Position numbers and translations under genes: made by a program. From an uncultured Alphaproteobacteria bacterium (GTDB lineage: Bacteria; Pseudomonadota; Alphaproteobacteria; HIMB59; GCA-002718135), in contig CACLAN010000002.1 in NCBI GenBank assembly GCA_902604905.1, forward strand, positions 68,020 through 132,019: a DNA stretch of 64,000 bases. Reading direction: 5' to 3'. Within the stretch, counting starts at the first letter, position 1, and each line of letters opens with the position of its first letter. The notes beneath the pieces are model-generated. The model made no database searches. It was not told the DNA's origin and saw only the letters and a program-made list of their open reading frames with translations. This document shows, piece by piece, positions 1 to 8,856 of the stretch.

Positions 1-1
1 T

Positions 2-340
2 ACCGTTGGTAATGATCTCTTAAAAATGACACCAGTGGCAGCATTTATTGTTGTTATATCACATTCTATTGTTTTATTTTTATTTGCATCCCAGGGTATA
101 AGTGCTTTTTTACAATCTATAAATCTTCCCTCTATACCTTTGGTACCAGTATCAAGTTCCCAAGCTGTTGTTGGCGGCGTAATTGGAATTGGTCTTTTAA
201 AAGGAGGAAAAGAGGTTCAATGGTCAATTGCAGGAAGAATTTCTTTGGGTTGGATGACGCTACCTATAATTGCAGCTTTAATTTCTTTAATTGTTTTATT
301 TATTCTAGAAAATATTTTTAATTTAACGGTCTCTTTTTAA
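2..340 (+). CDS. Inorganic phosphate transporter, PiT family (3' part; gene starts before the window)
   Basis: Hydrophobic helices with PVSSSQAVVGGVIGIG and 'W..A.RI..GW..LP', typical of the PiT C-terminal PHO4 repeat; frame is open to the window edge. Confidence 0.8.
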   Translation, partial: TVGNDLLKMTPVAAFIVVISHSIVLFLFASQGISAFLQSINLPSIPLVPVSSSQAVVGGVIGIGLLKGGKEVQWSIAGRISLGWMTLPIIAALISLIVLFILENIFNLTVSF

Positions 341-861
341 TTAACTGCTCGATAAGAAAAAATAAAATCTTCCTGGATTTTAGATTCAATAGCCCCTTTT
401 CTTCTTGATCGCACTAGATCGATAGCTTCTTGTTTTTGATAATTAAATTCAACAAGTAAAATAGCAGCTATGGTGCCAGCCCTTCCTTTGCCTCCACGGC
501 AATGTAAAACTATATTTTTTCCATCTATCAATTCGTTCTTTAATAAAACTTTTGTTGTTTCCCATTTATATTTAAAATCTTTATCTGGTGCTCCCATGTC
601 ATAAATGGGTAAATGGTACCAATGTAATTTATGTTCATAAATATTTTTGACAAACAAAGTTTTATCACACAATTTTTCAAATTCGCTATCTTCAACAAAA
701 GAAGTAATAGAACTACAATTATTATTTTTAAATATTTCTAATTCGTTTGCTAAAATTGTTTCTTCAAATAAACCATTAGAATTAAGACCTGGGAAAGAAG
801 TTAATATAATTTTGCCTGCAAATGACTTAGATTCAATAAAATCATAATTGCTAAATTGCAT
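337..861 (-). CDS. Cys-dependent (PTP/dual-specificity, CDKN3-like) phosphatase
   Basis: HCRGGKGRAG (HCx5R) active-site loop and HLPIYDMGAP general-acid loop. Confidence 0.85.
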   Translation of the reverse strand: MQFSNYDFIESKSFAGKIILTSFPGLNSNGLFEETILANELEIFKNNNCSSITSFVEDSEFEKLCDKTLFVKNIYEHKLHWYHLPIYDMGAPDKDFKYKWETTKVLLKNELIDGKNIVLHCRGGKGRAGTIAAILLVEFNYQKQEAIDLVRSRRKGAIESKIQEDFIFSYRAVN

Positions 862-1431
862 TTACGCTTGTTTAGCTAAAAAAGACTGTCTTGCTTCTTC
901 TAAATAGGAACGAAAATGTTCAACATCGGGAGTTTTTTTATCTAGAATTTTTGCTAAATCATCAAATCTTCTAAGTTCTACTGCTTCATCCATAAAAGGT
1001 TTGCTTATAAACGCTTCTGCTTCTTCTTTTGAGAAAGGACCACCTTGAACTTTTAACGAAAGTTTCGATGCTTCTGATAGACTATCATAATAACCCTCTT
1101 CAACACTTGATAAATATCTTTTTGAATCTACATGTGCTCTGATTGGTAAAATAACATCCTCACCAAAATATTTTTTTAAAAAATCAGCACCTAAATTTTC
1201 ATGATGACCATCTTTCCCTTCATGAATGGGATCGCCGTCCTCATAGATAAGGTGGCCAATATCATGCAGTAATGCTGCAGCAATTGTTGGTCCGGGTAAT
1301 TTATGTTTTTCAGCAAGTTCAGCGCATTGGAGTGCGTGCTCAAGCTGAGTCACATCCTCATTACCATATTGAATATCTGCACCTTTTGTTTTCAAAAGAT
1401 CTAAGAGATAATCCACGATATTTTCTTGCAT
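862..1431 (-). CDS. phnZ: HD-domain di-iron phosphonate oxygenase, PhnZ/TmpB family
   Basis: YGNEDVTQLEHALQ, LLHDIGH, HENLGA, HVDSKRYL, SLKVQGGP and RRFDDLAK motifs; phosphonate gene context. Confidence 0.85.
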   Translation of the reverse strand: MQENIVDYLLDLLKTKGADIQYGNEDVTQLEHALQCAELAEKHKLPGPTIAAALLHDIGHLIYEDGDPIHEGKDGHHENLGADFLKKYFGEDVILPIRAHVDSKRYLSSVEEGYYDSLSEASKLSLKVQGGPFSKEEAEAFISKPFMDEAVELRRFDDLAKILDKKTPDVEHFRSYLEEARQSFLAKQA

Positions 1432-1525
1432 TCTAATTTATAATTAACTTATTAGAAATTAAATTCAATTCCAACTTTAATAAGATTGATCAAATTTATA
1501 ATAATATTTATTAAGTAAACATTTA

Positions 1526-2623
1526 ATGGATAAAAAATTATTAACCCCTGGTCCTCTTACGACATCGATGTCAACAAAAGAGGCTATGCTCCATGATTGG
1601 GGTTCAAGAGATACAAAATTTATTGATCTCAATGCATCAATTAGAGATTCCCTTGTTAAATTAATAGACGGTGAAGATAAATATCAATGTGTTCCAATGC
1701 AGGGAAGTGGAACTTTTGCTGTAGAGTCGATGGTGAGCTCTCTTACTCAAAAAGATTCTAAAATTCTGATTCTGATCAATGGTGCTTACGGACAAAGAAT
1801 GAAAAAAATGTGCACTTATTTAGGGAGAGATTTTATTGAATATGAAGTTGCTGAACATGAAGTACATGACATCAATAAAATTGAAGAGTTAATTGATAGC
1901 AACAACTTAACACACGTCTTTGCTGTATATTGTGAAACAACATCGGGTATTTTAAATCCTATTGAAGAGATTGCAAAATTAGTTGAAATGAAAAACTTAT
2001 CGTTATTCATCGATGCAATGAGTGCCTTTGGTGCATTACCCTTAAGTTCTAAAACAATTACTTTTGATGCTGTAGCCGCTTCATCAAACAAATGCTTAGA
2101 AGGTGTGCCAGGTGTTGGTTTCATTCTTGTTAAAAATGAAGTTATTCAAAATGCAAAAGGCAATAGTCACTCACTAAGTCTAGACTTATATGATCAATGG
2201 CAAGCAATGGAAAAAAATAAACAATGGCGATTTACACCTCCAACACATGTATTGGCTGCATTCAATCAAGCGATTGAGGAACATAAAGAACAAGGCGGTG
2301 TAGAGGGACGAGGCAAAAGATATAAAAAAAATTGTGAAATTATTTGTAATGGAATGAAAGAGTTGGGATTTGAGCAACTACTTCCTGATAATTTGCAAGC
2401 ACCAATTATTATTACGTTTAAACAACCTAATGATCCTAAATTTAACTTTGATAAATTTTATAATGCTCTTAGTGAAAAAGATTTTTTAATTTATCCAGGA
2501 AAACTTACAGTGGCAGAAACTTTTAGAATTGGGTGTATTGGTAATTTAGATGAACAAGACATGATGGATACAATAAAAGCTGTAAAAGAAGTCGTTACTG
2601 AATTGGGATTAACATTAAACTAA
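1526..2623 (+). CDS. phnW: 2-aminoethylphosphonate-pyruvate transaminase
   Basis: LLTPGPLTTS, DWGSRD, QGSGTFAVE, CETTSG, DAMSAFG, SSNKCLEG (PLP Lys), QWRFTPPTH, IYPGKLT. Confidence 0.95.
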   Translation: MDKKLLTPGPLTTSMSTKEAMLHDWGSRDTKFIDLNASIRDSLVKLIDGEDKYQCVPMQGSGTFAVESMVSSLTQKDSKILILINGAYGQRMKKMCTYLGRDFIEYEVAEHEVHDINKIEELIDSNNLTHVFAVYCETTSGILNPIEEIAKLVEMKNLSLFIDAMSAFGALPLSSKTITFDAVAASSNKCLEGVPGVGFILVKNEVIQNAKGNSHSLSLDLYDQWQAMEKNKQWRFTPPTHVLAAFNQAIEEHKEQGGVEGRGKRYKKNCEIICNGMKELGFEQLLPDNLQAPIIITFKQPNDPKFNFDKFYNALSEKDFLIYPGKLTVAETFRIGCIGNLDEQDMMDTIKAVKEVVTELGLTLN

Positions 2624-2630
2624 CAAAATA

Positions 2631-3263
2631 ATGACAATTAAAATTGAAATACCTTTAGTTAAAGCAACAAATGAAAATCTTAAAGGATATGGGTATTTAA
2701 TCGATAGTTTTGAAAATAGTGATATTGAAATTGTTACTTGGCCAAAACAAGGATGGCGCGACATAGAAGAGGGAACAGGAAATGAAGGTGGAACTACCGA
2801 AGGTTCTTTTGATACCTGGTGGCAAGGTGATGTGCTTTATGGACAAAATAATGCTGTCCAACATAAAAGTGATTATGAAGTAGATGGAAAATATATACTG
2901 GGTTATGCCAATAATCCTGATCAAGAATTACAAAAAGATAAATATTCAGATCCAACAAAAATATTTCTATGGCATGCAAATTATCATCCTGATGGAGGTC
3001 AGCTTTTCTTTCCTGAAGAAAATAAACCATTTATTTGTCCTTTAGCCTTACCGACAGACGACATTGAACCAGAACATTTTAAAGCATTTTATTGTGATGG
3101 ATCAAAAGGTTTGTATATTCATCCAAACATTTGGCATGAAGGGGTGTTTCCAGTTACAGAAAAACAATCGTTTCAAGGAAAACAAGGTAAAGTACATGCA
3201 AGAGTTAGCATCGACTTAAAAGAGGAATTTAATAAATATATTTATTTTAAAACTGCGATCTAA
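2631..3263 (+). CDS. Ureidoglycolate lyase (AllA)-like cupin protein, function unknown
   Basis: NYHPDGGQLFFP and GLYIHPNIWH metal-binding cupin motifs; starts 7 nt after phnW. Confidence 0.65.
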   Translation: MTIKIEIPLVKATNENLKGYGYLIDSFENSDIEIVTWPKQGWRDIEEGTGNEGGTTEGSFDTWWQGDVLYGQNNAVQHKSDYEVDGKYILGYANNPDQELQKDKYSDPTKIFLWHANYHPDGGQLFFPEENKPFICPLALPTDDIEPEHFKAFYCDGSKGLYIHPNIWHEGVFPVTEKQSFQGKQGKVHARVSIDLKEEFNKYIYFKTAI

Positions 3264-3283
3264 TTATAAATTTATATTTAATA

Positions 3284-4072
3284 ATGAAAATTATTCACCT
3301 TTCAGACCCCCATATTTATATAGATAAGATTCATGGCATAGATCCTGTCAGTAAATTTAAAAAAGCATTAAGTCATTTAAAAAATAATCATGGTGATGCG
3401 GATTTATTTGCCATCACTGGTGATATTACAGACTTAGGTGATAAAGATTCTTATCAGTTATTTATAAAAATAATTGATGAAGCAAATCTGCCAAAGAATT
3501 TAAATCCTCAATTAATTATAGGTAATCATGATAACAGAGATGAGTTTAAAATAAACTTTCCTAATATTGAGACCGATCCAAATGGATTTATTCAATACTT
3601 TAAGGATATAGATAATAAACGTTTAATTTTTATAGATACTAATCTGATTAATACTCACCAAGGACATTATTGTGAAGAGAGGCAAGAATGGTTAAATAAT
3701 ATTTTAAGTAAGACTAATATGGATACGTACATCTTTATGCATCATAATCCACTAGCATTAGTAAAAGAGGAAAGTGATGGAATAGGATTACAACAAAAAA
3801 AAGAGTTTCAACAAATTTTAACTAAAAATAATAAGATAATAAAACATATTTTTTTTGGTCATCAACACATTACAAGTTCTGGTTCTTATTGTGGTATTAC
3901 TTTTTCCTCCCCAAGAAGTACTTGGTCTCCTCTAATACCTAACTTTTCGAATGAATATCGTTTAGGGACAGCAAATACAGATACAAATTATAATGTTGCA
4001 ATAATTCGATCTGACGCTTTAATTATTCATACCGAGGATTTTTTAAAAACAGAAGTTAATTGGTTTAAATAA
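3284..4072 (+). CDS. Metallophosphoesterase, GpdQ/CpdA-like phosphodiesterase
   Basis: All five calcineurin-like motifs present: SDPH, TGDITD, GNHD, MHHNP, FGHQH. Confidence 0.85.
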   Translation: MKIIHLSDPHIYIDKIHGIDPVSKFKKALSHLKNNHGDADLFAITGDITDLGDKDSYQLFIKIIDEANLPKNLNPQLIIGNHDNRDEFKINFPNIETDPNGFIQYFKDIDNKRLIFIDTNLINTHQGHYCEERQEWLNNILSKTNMDTYIFMHHNPLALVKEESDGIGLQQKKEFQQILTKNNKIIKHIFFGHQHITSSGSYCGITFSSPRSTWSPLIPNFSNEYRLGTANTDTNYNVAIIRSDALIIHTEDFLKTEVNWFK

Positions 4073-4075
4073 AAA

Positions 4076-5182
4076 TTATTTTTTTTCGATTACAAATATT
4101 TCATTGTTAAAATAAAGACCTTTATTTTTAGCAACAATTTTTTGAACTACCTTTTCGTAATTTTTTGTTTTTTCTACTTTCATAACTTTATCATCATCCA
4201 TTTGATTGACATATATGGAGGCATTCCAAGCAGAAAAAATTAAGGATGTCGCTATACCTCCACTGATTTCTGTTGGTAGAGCTCTCAGTTTGCATTTAAT
4301 AATTCTTTTTTTTCCAAAAGATAAAGTGCTTAATAAATCTTTATCTAAATTTTTCTTAAGATAAGAAATGATACTATTTCCCAGAGAAGGAAATGGGTCT
4401 TCTTTTGGCCAAATTTTACGAATTATTTCATTAGCAGGATCTTTTCCTGAAGCATGAATAGTTAATAATTTCCCTTTTGATTTTAGCGCTCTAATCATTG
4501 GTTCAATGACATATTTTGATTTCTTTTCTGATGAAATTCTTGAACGATAAGGCTGTGAAGCAATAATAAGATCAAATTTATTATCTGATTTTTTTTTGGT
4601 AGGGATTAATTCATTAACATTAAATTCTTGATCTTCGCGGTAGATAACCATTACTGAAGGCTCTTTATAAGTATGATTACCTGACTTTTTATTAATTTCT
4701 ATATTCCATTTTTTTTCTAAAAATTCATTTTGTTTTCTTAATTGTTGAGCAAATTCAAGAGAAGTGTCACCTTTTAATTTAATAATATTCCAATTAATTT
4801 TTTTCTGTTTAACTTCATTTTTTGATTTTAGGTTTGCGGCTTCCGCGTAGTGTAGATTTGAAATGACAAAAACAGTATTCTTATGCTCAACAAACCTATC
4901 GGGTAATTTTTCTAAACCTAATCTTACATCTTCTATGCTTATTTCTTTTGTGCAAACTAATAGAGGTACGTTAGGCCTAGCTTCGTGGCACTGACGCATT
5001 ACATTCATAAGTAAAGAACCATCCCCCATACCAGCATCAAATATTTTTAAACCAGGTTTTTGAGGCTTAATTTTATTTACGTGAGGACGTATCGCATCGG
5101 CAATTTGATTTTTTTCATTTGTTGTAGTTACAAATAATAAATATTTTTGTCTGTTATCATAAAACCTGAAATTTTTTTTCAT
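4076..5182 (-). CDS. Conserved hypothetical protein with class I SAM-dependent methyltransferase-like fold
   Basis: IFDAGMGDG motif-I-like and FDLIIASQPY motif-IV-like segments. Confidence 0.55.
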   Translation of the reverse strand: MKKNFRFYDNRQKYLLFVTTTNEKNQIADAIRPHVNKIKPQKPGLKIFDAGMGDGSLLMNVMRQCHEARPNVPLLVCTKEISIEDVRLGLEKLPDRFVEHKNTVFVISNLHYAEAANLKSKNEVKQKKINWNIIKLKGDTSLEFAQQLRKQNEFLEKKWNIEINKKSGNHTYKEPSVMVIYREDQEFNVNELIPTKKKSDNKFDLIIASQPYRSRISSEKKSKYVIEPMIRALKSKGKLLTIHASGKDPANEIIRKIWPKEDPFPSLGNSIISYLKKNLDKDLLSTLSFGKKRIIKCKLRALPTEISGGIATSLIFSAWNASIYVNQMDDDKVMKVEKTKNYEKVVQKIVAKNKGLYFNNEIFVIEKK

Positions 5183-5184
5183 TA

Positions 5185-6297
5185 CTAATAAAGTCCCATT
5201 GATTTAGCAGAAGAGATGAAGGCTTCTTTATTGCCAATAAAGTTTTTACCTCGTTCCCCTAAAAACGCATCATCTACTATATTATTCCATTCTTGAACAG
5301 GAACTTTTATTTCATTTAAGTTAAGAGGAACCTCTAAAGAACGCATAAATTCACTCAGATGATTTGCGGCATTCTCTAGGTTATCGTTAAAAATTAATTT
5401 TAGTCTTTCTTCAGCTACACTATCAATTCCAACCATACTTTTAGTAATCATCGGTAAAGTAAATGAACAAGCAATACCATGCTGAATACCGTAATTAAGT
5501 GTCACAGGGTATGATAGATTGTGCGCAATAGCAGTTTTCGTATTGGAAAACGCTAAGCCAGCATGAACGCACGCCAATGCAATCTTTGAGCGTAATACAA
5601 CATTTCTTAAATCTTTAGTGAGAAGTGGTAAATTTTCTAATACTAATTTTGATGCTTGTATTGCATGAGAAGCAGAAATTGGGTTCGCATTAATATTCCA
5701 AATACTTTCCATCGAATGGGAGAGAGCATCTAAACCAGTTGAAATGGTCAAGCCTAAAGGCTTATCAACCATAATAGATGGATCAATAATTGCTTTTTCA
5801 GCATAAAGAGATTTCTGAGCCAAAGATAATTTGTTGTTTTTTTCTTTATCCCAAATTGTGGCCCAACACGTAAGCTCACTTGATGTTCCTGAAGTTGTAG
5901 GTATTGCAATAATCTTAATTGGATTTTCGACTCTTGGACTTTTCTTATTGCGAACGAAATCTGTTAGGTATTCTTGTTTATCTTTAAATGCAGCAATTGC
6001 TTTAGCTGTGTCTGTAACAGAGCCACCACCTATAGCTAAAATATAATCTACCGATTCATTGATTAAAGAAAATTTTTTTTGTAGCTCTAAAATATCCTTA
6101 TAATCTGGATTAGGCTGAACATCCGTCATAATGGATAAGGGTGGATTTGAAGAAGATTTTAATTCATCGCTATATTTTTTAAAAATTTCTTCTGGATGAG
6201 TGATAATGATGTAGTTCTTATTTTTAAGAGCATCATGTACTTCTTTAAATCTATTTTCTCCAAAGATTATTTCAACTGGGTTAAAATAGTTCCACAT
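5185..6297 (-). CDS. Iron-containing alcohol dehydrogenase, phosphonate-associated (phosphonoacetaldehyde reductase/HEP dehydrogenase-like)
   Basis: AIGGGS, PTTSGTSSE, DALSHSMES, AHNLSY and HGIAC Fe-ADH motifs; TCWATIWD and AFSNTKTA segments recalled from the phosphonate-linked subfamily. Confidence 0.8.
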   Translation of the reverse strand: MWNYFNPVEIIFGENRFKEVHDALKNKNYIIITHPEEIFKKYSDELKSSSNPPLSIMTDVQPNPDYKDILELQKKFSLINESVDYILAIGGGSVTDTAKAIAAFKDKQEYLTDFVRNKKSPRVENPIKIIAIPTTSGTSSELTCWATIWDKEKNNKLSLAQKSLYAEKAIIDPSIMVDKPLGLTISTGLDALSHSMESIWNINANPISASHAIQASKLVLENLPLLTKDLRNVVLRSKIALACVHAGLAFSNTKTAIAHNLSYPVTLNYGIQHGIACSFTLPMITKSMVGIDSVAEERLKLIFNDNLENAANHLSEFMRSLEVPLNLNEIKVPVQEWNNIVDDAFLGERGKNFIGNKEAFISSAKSMGLY

Positions 6298-6301
6298 TAT
6301 A

Positions 6302-7381
6302 TTAAATTGATTTAGCAGCTTTTGTTAAAATAGACATTTTTTCAATTGCTTGTTCTCTTGTAAAAAAACCTAATCCACAATCAGGAGCTGCAATTAAACG
6401 ATCTTCATCAATATGCTCTAAAGAATCTTTCATACGAACTCTAACTTCTTCTACTGTCTCCATTCTGCTTTTAGCAATGTCAATAAATCCAAAAATAACT
6501 TTTGTTTTTGTAAATTTTTCTAAAAGATTTAAGTCATTATGTCTGTGGGAGTCTTCTAAGGATACTTCGTCAATTGTAGAGTCATCTACTAAAGTAGCAA
6601 TTCTATCATAAGCATCTAATTCTGCTTTCTTGTATCCATGAGAATCTAAGGAATTTGGATAACCACAACAGATATGACAAACTCGTTGAACTTCTTTTGG
6701 AATACCATGCATCATTCTTTCCAAGTTTTCCATACCATAAGCATTGGCCTCATCGGGTTTTCTTGCAAAAACTGGTTCATCAATTTGGATATATTGACAA
6801 CCAGCATCAGCTAGAGCTTTTACCTCTTTGTTTAGAGCCAAAGCTAAATCAAAACCAAGTTTTTTCATGTCATCATAGTAATTGTTGGCAATTGAATCTG
6901 TAATTGTCATTGGTCCAGGTAGCGTAATTTTAACTGGGTTTTTTGTAAATTGTTGTGCACTCTTCCAGTCTAGATGCATACGTATTTCTTTACTTGAAAT
7001 TGGAGCTACTATCGTTGGAAGATCAGCTTCAAAGGCTCCTTGCCGTACAGATTTATGAGTTACCTCTTTAAAACTTACACCATTTAAAAAACGACATTGA
7101 TATAAGACATAACTTTCACGTCTTACTTCTCCATCAGTTGGAACATCAATTCCCGCATTTACCTGATCAATAATAACTTCTTTAATTGCTTCTAAAAATA
7201 ATTTTTCTGCTTCTTCACCTGCTGACTCTAATGCCTTTTCATAAGCACCTGGAGACCAATTAGATAAAAGTCCTTTTGAAGCTTTTCTCTCTTCTTCTGA
7301 TTTTGTCCCTAAAAACCAATCTTGAATGGGTGTTTGTTTCGGTTTTGGATATGCACCTATAGTAGTAGTTGTAAGAGGCAT
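6302..7381 (-). CDS. Core (single-barrel) cobalamin-independent methionine synthase-like Zn enzyme
   Basis: TTTIGAYPKP, PTDGEVRRE, KITLPGPMT, IQIDEP, HICCG and APDCGLG Zn ligands; lacks the N-terminal MetE folate-binding barrel. Confidence 0.8.
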   Translation of the reverse strand: MPLTTTTIGAYPKPKQTPIQDWFLGTKSEEERKASKGLLSNWSPGAYEKALESAGEEAEKLFLEAIKEVIIDQVNAGIDVPTDGEVRRESYVLYQCRFLNGVSFKEVTHKSVRQGAFEADLPTIVAPISSKEIRMHLDWKSAQQFTKNPVKITLPGPMTITDSIANNYYDDMKKLGFDLALALNKEVKALADAGCQYIQIDEPVFARKPDEANAYGMENLERMMHGIPKEVQRVCHICCGYPNSLDSHGYKKAELDAYDRIATLVDDSTIDEVSLEDSHRHNDLNLLEKFTKTKVIFGFIDIAKSRMETVEEVRVRMKDSLEHIDEDRLIAAPDCGLGFFTREQAIEKMSILTKAAKSI

Positions 7382-7411
7382 GACTTATTCTCCCAAATAT
7401 CTTAAAATAAA

Positions 7412-7436
7412 ACAGCGGCTTTTATAAAGCCGCTGT
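7412..7436 (-). terminator. Intrinsic terminator or stabilising hairpin after the SBP gene
   Basis: ACAGCGGCTTT-tat-AAAGCCGCTGT, perfect 11-bp stem, followed by TTTATTTT on the minus strand. Confidence 0.75.
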
Positions 7437-7463
7437 AATAAAAAGTTAACAATAAAGTAATCT

Positions 7464-8717
7464 CTATAAAAGATCCTCTATTTCTTCCATCATCTCCTCT
7501 TGGAGATCAGCCATATTGTCTGCACTACCTGTAGCAATTTCTTCAGTGTAATCATAGATTACCTGAGTTATTGCTAGACCGTTTTCACCAGGATATGCAA
7601 ACCAATCAGCCAATAAAGGTAATTGATTTACTGCAGTTAGCTTGTTTGGATTTTTAGTATAAAAATCACCTAACAAATCATTGGCTGCTTTATTTGGTGG
7701 AACATATCCAGTAGTTTCAGCAACTAAAGCTGCACCTATACCAGAAGTGATAAACTTTAAGAAAGTCCATGCAGCATCTACTCTAGCTGGATCATCAGAT
7801 GTAGAAACCAACATCGCAGCATTTCCACCCGCTGGAAGTCTCGCTGGGGTTCCTCCATTTACACCTGGCATTCCTGGAAATGGTGCTGTTTTAAGTTCAA
7901 AATCTGCTTTGGCTGCGTTCACTGAACCTAAGCTTGATGTTGACCAGAAAAACATACCAATTGTGCCTGCATTAAATGCAGCTTGACCGTCAGCAATTGA
8001 ATAGTTTGGCATATTACAACCACTCATTATGTCATGCATTTGTTGTAAAGTTGCTAGACCAGCATCTCCACCCATATTAACAGCACCATCTTTTACCATT
8101 GGAACATTTTGGGTATGCATTAATGCTTGGTGAAACCAGTTACCTGTAATATTCCAACCAAAATATAAAGTTCCTTTACCTGCTGCTTCCAATTTATTAC
8201 AAGCTGCGATAACTTCGTCCCAGTTAGTTGGGATGTTATCTATACCTGCTTCAGCTAATAGATCCATGTTATAGTATCCAACTGGTGTTGATACAGAAAA
8301 TGGTAACCCATATACGTCACCACCAAAGGTGGATAGACTTAACATAGCAGAGTGATAACCATCTTTTTCAAAGTCAGCTTCTCCTGCAATAAAAGGCTCT
8401 AATGATTTTGCAATCCCTTTATCAACAAGTGGTGCTTGTCTGTTAAGACCTTGCATTGTTACATCTGGTAAATTACCTGAAGTAGACTCTCTGAAGATTG
8501 TTGCAGTTGCATCTTCATAGTTTTCATAAGTTGCCCTAAATTTAACTTGAATATCTGGATGTGCTTTTTCAAACTCTGGCATAATAGCTTGAAACGTAAC
8601 GTCAAATAATCCAGAGTAAGGATAAGCTACTTCTATTTCAATAGACTTAGCTGAATTAACAGAACCATAAAAACCAAAAGCTAGTACGGCTGCCAATCCT
8701 GTAATTAATTTTTTCAT
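7464..8717 (-). CDS. ABC transporter substrate-binding protein, CUT1/UgpB-like
   Basis: Signal peptide; GLPFSVSTPVGYYNMDLL, PTNWDEV, AAWTFLKF and TGYVP family-1 SBP motifs. Confidence 0.85.
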   Translation of the reverse strand: MKKLITGLAAVLAFGFYGSVNSAKSIEIEVAYPYSGLFDVTFQAIMPEFEKAHPDIQVKFRATYENYEDATATIFRESTSGNLPDVTMQGLNRQAPLVDKGIAKSLEPFIAGEADFEKDGYHSAMLSLSTFGGDVYGLPFSVSTPVGYYNMDLLAEAGIDNIPTNWDEVIAACNKLEAAGKGTLYFGWNITGNWFHQALMHTQNVPMVKDGAVNMGGDAGLATLQQMHDIMSGCNMPNYSIADGQAAFNAGTIGMFFWSTSSLGSVNAAKADFELKTAPFPGMPGVNGGTPARLPAGGNAAMLVSTSDDPARVDAAWTFLKFITSGIGAALVAETTGYVPPNKAANDLLGDFYTKNPNKLTAVNQLPLLADWFAYPGENGLAITQVIYDYTEEIATGSADNMADLQEEMMEEIEDLL

Positions 8718-8751
8718 TTAATCCTCCCGATTGAATATAATAATATTAATC

Positions 8752-8801
8752 TAACATGTAGCTTGAAAAAAGGTTACAATTTTATTACGAAAATATAACT
8801 A
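8752..8801 (-). promoter_or_regulatory. Pho-box-like tandem 11-bp repeats and -10 element upstream of the SBP gene
   Basis: Minus strand reads TAGTTAT-ATTT-TCGTAAT-AAAA-TTGTAAC, then 10 nt, then GCTACAT; resembles PhoB consensus CTGTCAT-N4-CTGTCAT. Confidence 0.55.
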
Positions 8802-8856
8802 AAAAATAAGCTTATTTTTCCACAGGAATACAAAAATTAGAGAAAAACTAGTTATT

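Noticed and set aside
1431-1457. TTCTAAT-N13-ATTAGAA inverted repeat between phnZ and phnW
   Set aside because: Could be an operator, but it is nearly all A/T and likely by chance; no cognate regulator nearby
7681-7986. 101-aa antisense ORF inside the SBP gene, and similar short antisense or out-of-frame ORFs (647, 1816, 5831, 9566, 20046, 29482, 55259, 63694 and others)
   Set aside because: Fully nested in well-supported genes; expected from codon bias
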